A stretch of DNA of 64,000 bases from Tubiluchus corallicola (lineage: Eukaryota > Animalia > Priapulida). Each line of letters begins with the position of its first letter. Position 1 is the first letter of the stretch. A model generated the notes under the pieces. It had not been told where the DNA came from. It was given only the letters and a program-made list of their open reading frames with translations, and made no database searches. The stretch is taken from contig JAQGDQ010000101.1 of NCBI GenBank assembly GCA_030141605.1, forward strand, positions 315,017 to 379,016, written 5' to 3'. Below are positions 61,701 to 64,000 of the stretch, one piece after another. Both the position numbers and the translations under genes were made by a program.

Positions 61701-63720
61701 ATATAACACTGAAAATGCTGAATTTTGGAGCGCTTTGAACTAAATATTACGCAATAATAATTAATTAAAGTTTGATATAAAACTCGAAAGATAAGAAATG
61801 TGAAGAATATGAAGTACAGCCTGGATTTGCACCAGGAATATTCAGTTTACAATGCAGATGCCTTAGACGAAAGAATTGTACTTTGGACTACATTGAACAG
61901 TAGGAAATGCGGTGGTCTAGTGATCTAAGGCGCTTGCTAAATAGGGATAAAGTATCTGGTTCAAATCCTTTTACGTTGACTAAGTGTTAACAGGCTAATG
62001 GGAAACGCGCCGGGAAAGTGAATTTTTCAGCTATCCGTTACTAATCGATCAAAGTAAGTTCAAATCACAGTGATATAAGTATACATTCAAAATCACTTTA
62101 AGGCACATTATTGGGAGCATAGGCGATCTCTATAATTGCACCATTGATCGTTTGAATCATTGAACACCACGCGTGTCATGACTTGTCAGTTTTTACACAA
62201 TTCCCATTGTGTTTTGAATGCTTTTTGCAAGACTTTGCATTTCATTGTTTTTATTATTATTGTTATAGGTCTATTTGGACATTTACAGCAATGTAATGCC
62301 AGAAATAATCAGAAAAAAGGTGGATGAAACAATGAATTGTGACGACATTGCTTTCAATTTCTTGGTCTCTCACTACACACAAACTCCACCAATCCAGGTA
62401 ATTTGATCAAACCAAATGTTAAAAGATTTTTTGTGTAATTATACAATGTTTTAACGTTGGTGGCTTCTGCTGCAAAGACTGACTTATTAATTGATAAAAA
62501 AGTAAGGTGCTCTGTGTTAAAAGCGCTATATAGCAACATACCCAGAATTAACTGGCTAAATTAATATGTTCCTTGAATCTGAATTTCATTTGCCCAGCGT
62601 GTGAAAGCGAGAAGGAACGCATACATTATTAGCTGGACGCTTTAGTGTATCGCAGGCTCGAGTTTCAGAATCGCCAACTTAGTAATTTAGAGCAAAAAAT
62701 ACTCAATTAATTACCCATGGATTACCTCTAGCCTTTATAGGATTAATCAAAAATTAACCGTTACATGTAGTTTGTAGTTTGTAATTGCTCCAACGTGAGT
62801 AAACAAGTAAACAACTGACTAGTGAGCAATAATCACAAACACTTAGAGATACAACCAGCACTTATTTTGTTATTATCATATTACACGCATTCGGATAACC
62901 GTGCATTATCACCAAGTAACAGAAATTCAAGAAAATAAAATAAAAATGGATGGAATTACAGTGAAGTGACAGTAACCAAATCGTAGATTATCCCGTAAAG
63001 AAATACTCAAAATTATCTAGATCATTCAGCAATTATAATACGGAAAATAAAAAGACTTATGTTAATATTACATTATGGAAGGTTGCAGGGCATTAAAAAG
63101 CTAAAAATGTATTGTAATTTACACACACACACCAGCAATTAGTAAGAACACATTACATTATTCATGCAAACAAATTTGACATACAGGTACTTAGTTCTAT
63201 ACAAATAGCAAACTACGAGTTCGTCAACATTAGGAAATGCTCATGTAATCACTTATTTGGCAAGTTTCTGTTAAATTTTGTGAAGCGTCGAAGAAATATC
63301 CAACTACATAATTTCCCGTCTGAAGTCAGCTAAAATGTGCTTATTATATTTTGTGACTTTTGTGAAATTTTGTTTATGTCACCAAGAAAACTATAGTGGT
63401 CAAGCCTTCAAAAAGACAAAACTTTCACCAATAGCAGCCTGTCCTTTTCACAGGTGGTTGCTAATTCCTGTTTTTAAGAATAAAGTATTTAAATACTGTC
63501 ACCCGTCTCAAAACATTATTTTTTACAGGTTAAAGCGAATGTTACATTTGTGAATCAGAGAAGTGGTCAACTTCATTCGCGTCACAATTACATAATGCTA
63601 CGTCATGAATGCGTCAATTTCTTCGAGAAAATGTACGGCTACAATCCGCTGTTGTACACACACTTTACTGCACATTCAACGACTCGGAAGCCATCAGTAT
63701 GTAAAAATGGAAGGACATGA
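51750..63720 (+). CDS. EXTL3: Exostosin-like 3 (GT47 plus GT64), 6 coding exons, 797 aa
   Basis: join(51750..53394, 56407..56561, 56734..56861, 59182..59326, 62269..62397, 63529..63720) = 2394 nt. All introns are GT-AG with consistent phases (1,0,2,0,0). Encodes TM, coiled coil, exostosin domain and GT64 domain. Confidence 0.9.
56407..56561 (+). CDS. EXTL3: EXTL3-like exon 2
   Basis: gtttag|; (V)[40 protein letters not shown]; |gtaagg. Confidence 0.92.
56734..56861 (+). CDS. EXTL3: EXTL3-like exon 3
   Basis: [42 protein letters not shown], containing the GT64 DDD motif. Confidence 0.93.
57290..59095 (-). mobile_element. Decayed Gypsy RNase H/integrase fragment in EXTL3 intron 3
   Basis: [69 protein letters not shown]; a (TA)n expansion at ~58692-58732. 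Confidence 0.8.
59182..59326 (+). CDS. EXTL3: EXTL3-like exon 4
   Basis: (R)[48 protein letters not shown]; absent from the ORF track. Confidence 0.92.
60614..60694. repeat. 27-bp tandem repeat x3
   Basis: cattatttgaatttgtctcatcttcgt repeated three times (first copy catcat). Confidence 0.9.
60858..61010. mobile_element. Two degenerate tRNA-like (SINE head) relics, back to back
   Basis: Minus strand agcctagtggcctaagacgcc...agttcaaatc (A/B box) at ~60858-60925; plus strand ggactaagcgcctgg...gcttcaaatc at ~60960-61004. Confidence 0.4.
61905..61975 (+). mobile_element. tRNA-derived SINE head relic
   Basis: gcggtggtctagtgatctaaggcgc (A box) followed by ggttcaaatcc (B box); no intact cloverleaf. 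Confidence 0.5.
62269..62397 (+). CDS. EXTL3: EXTL3-like exon 5
   Basis: [43 protein letters not shown]. Confidence 0.93.
63529..63720 (+). CDS. EXTL3: EXTL3-like exon 6 (terminal)
   Basis: [52 protein letters not shown]. Confidence 0.92.
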   Translation, partial: VKANVTFVNQRSGQLHSRHNYIMLRHECVNFFEKMYGYNPLLYTHFTAHSTTRKPSVCKNGRT

Positions 63721-64000
63721 AAGCGACATTTCACCAAACAAATTTAGAAAACTTTTAGACATTTGCTCTTTGACTTTGTTTCCTTTTGCGCATATTTTGA
63801 GATGTCTGGCATCACTTGAGCAAAAATACACCTGTGTTGTAAATAATGAAAAGTTTTTTTTGTTTGTCAGATTTGATATTGGTCAGCTTGACAATTTCAA
63901 AGCTTCAGTGAATAGCAGCATCAATTACATTTCACTTAACCAATCAAGTTTTTTCGCCCTCAAATGGAACAATTATACAGTGCAAAAGAATATCAATCTT

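Noticed and set aside
61905-61975. Functional tRNA gene
   Set aside because: A and B boxes only; acceptor and anticodon stems do not pair convincingly.

Overview
AT-rich animal (probably invertebrate) genomic DNA with spliceosomal introns and many transposable elements. The organism cannot be identified from the sequence. The right half holds four Golgi-type glycan-modifying genes arranged as two head-to-head pairs. Pair 1 is a decayed CHST-family (Gal/GlcNAc/GalNAc 6-O) sulfotransferase (-, ~30.4-32.4 kb) and an intact single-exon GT10 alpha-1,3-fucosyltransferase (+, 37751-38971). Pair 2 is an intact single-exon uncharacterised GT-A glycosyltransferase (-, 48079-49164) and a complete, divergent 6-exon EXTL3-like exostosin (+, 51750-63720, 797 aa by my manual splice). 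These are the only host genes I recognise in the window, and the cluster is the lead candidate for an undescribed system. The rest is repeats: a 1.42-kb tandem array carrying a Tc1/mariner remnant, an older segmental duplicate of that region, a rearranged BEL/Pao element inserted into a hairpin, a Gmr1-type Gypsy (integrase before RT) nested in a LINE, another LINE carrying an RTE-derived short element and a solo LTR, and many relics. All family calls come from motif recognition by eye; no database search was run.
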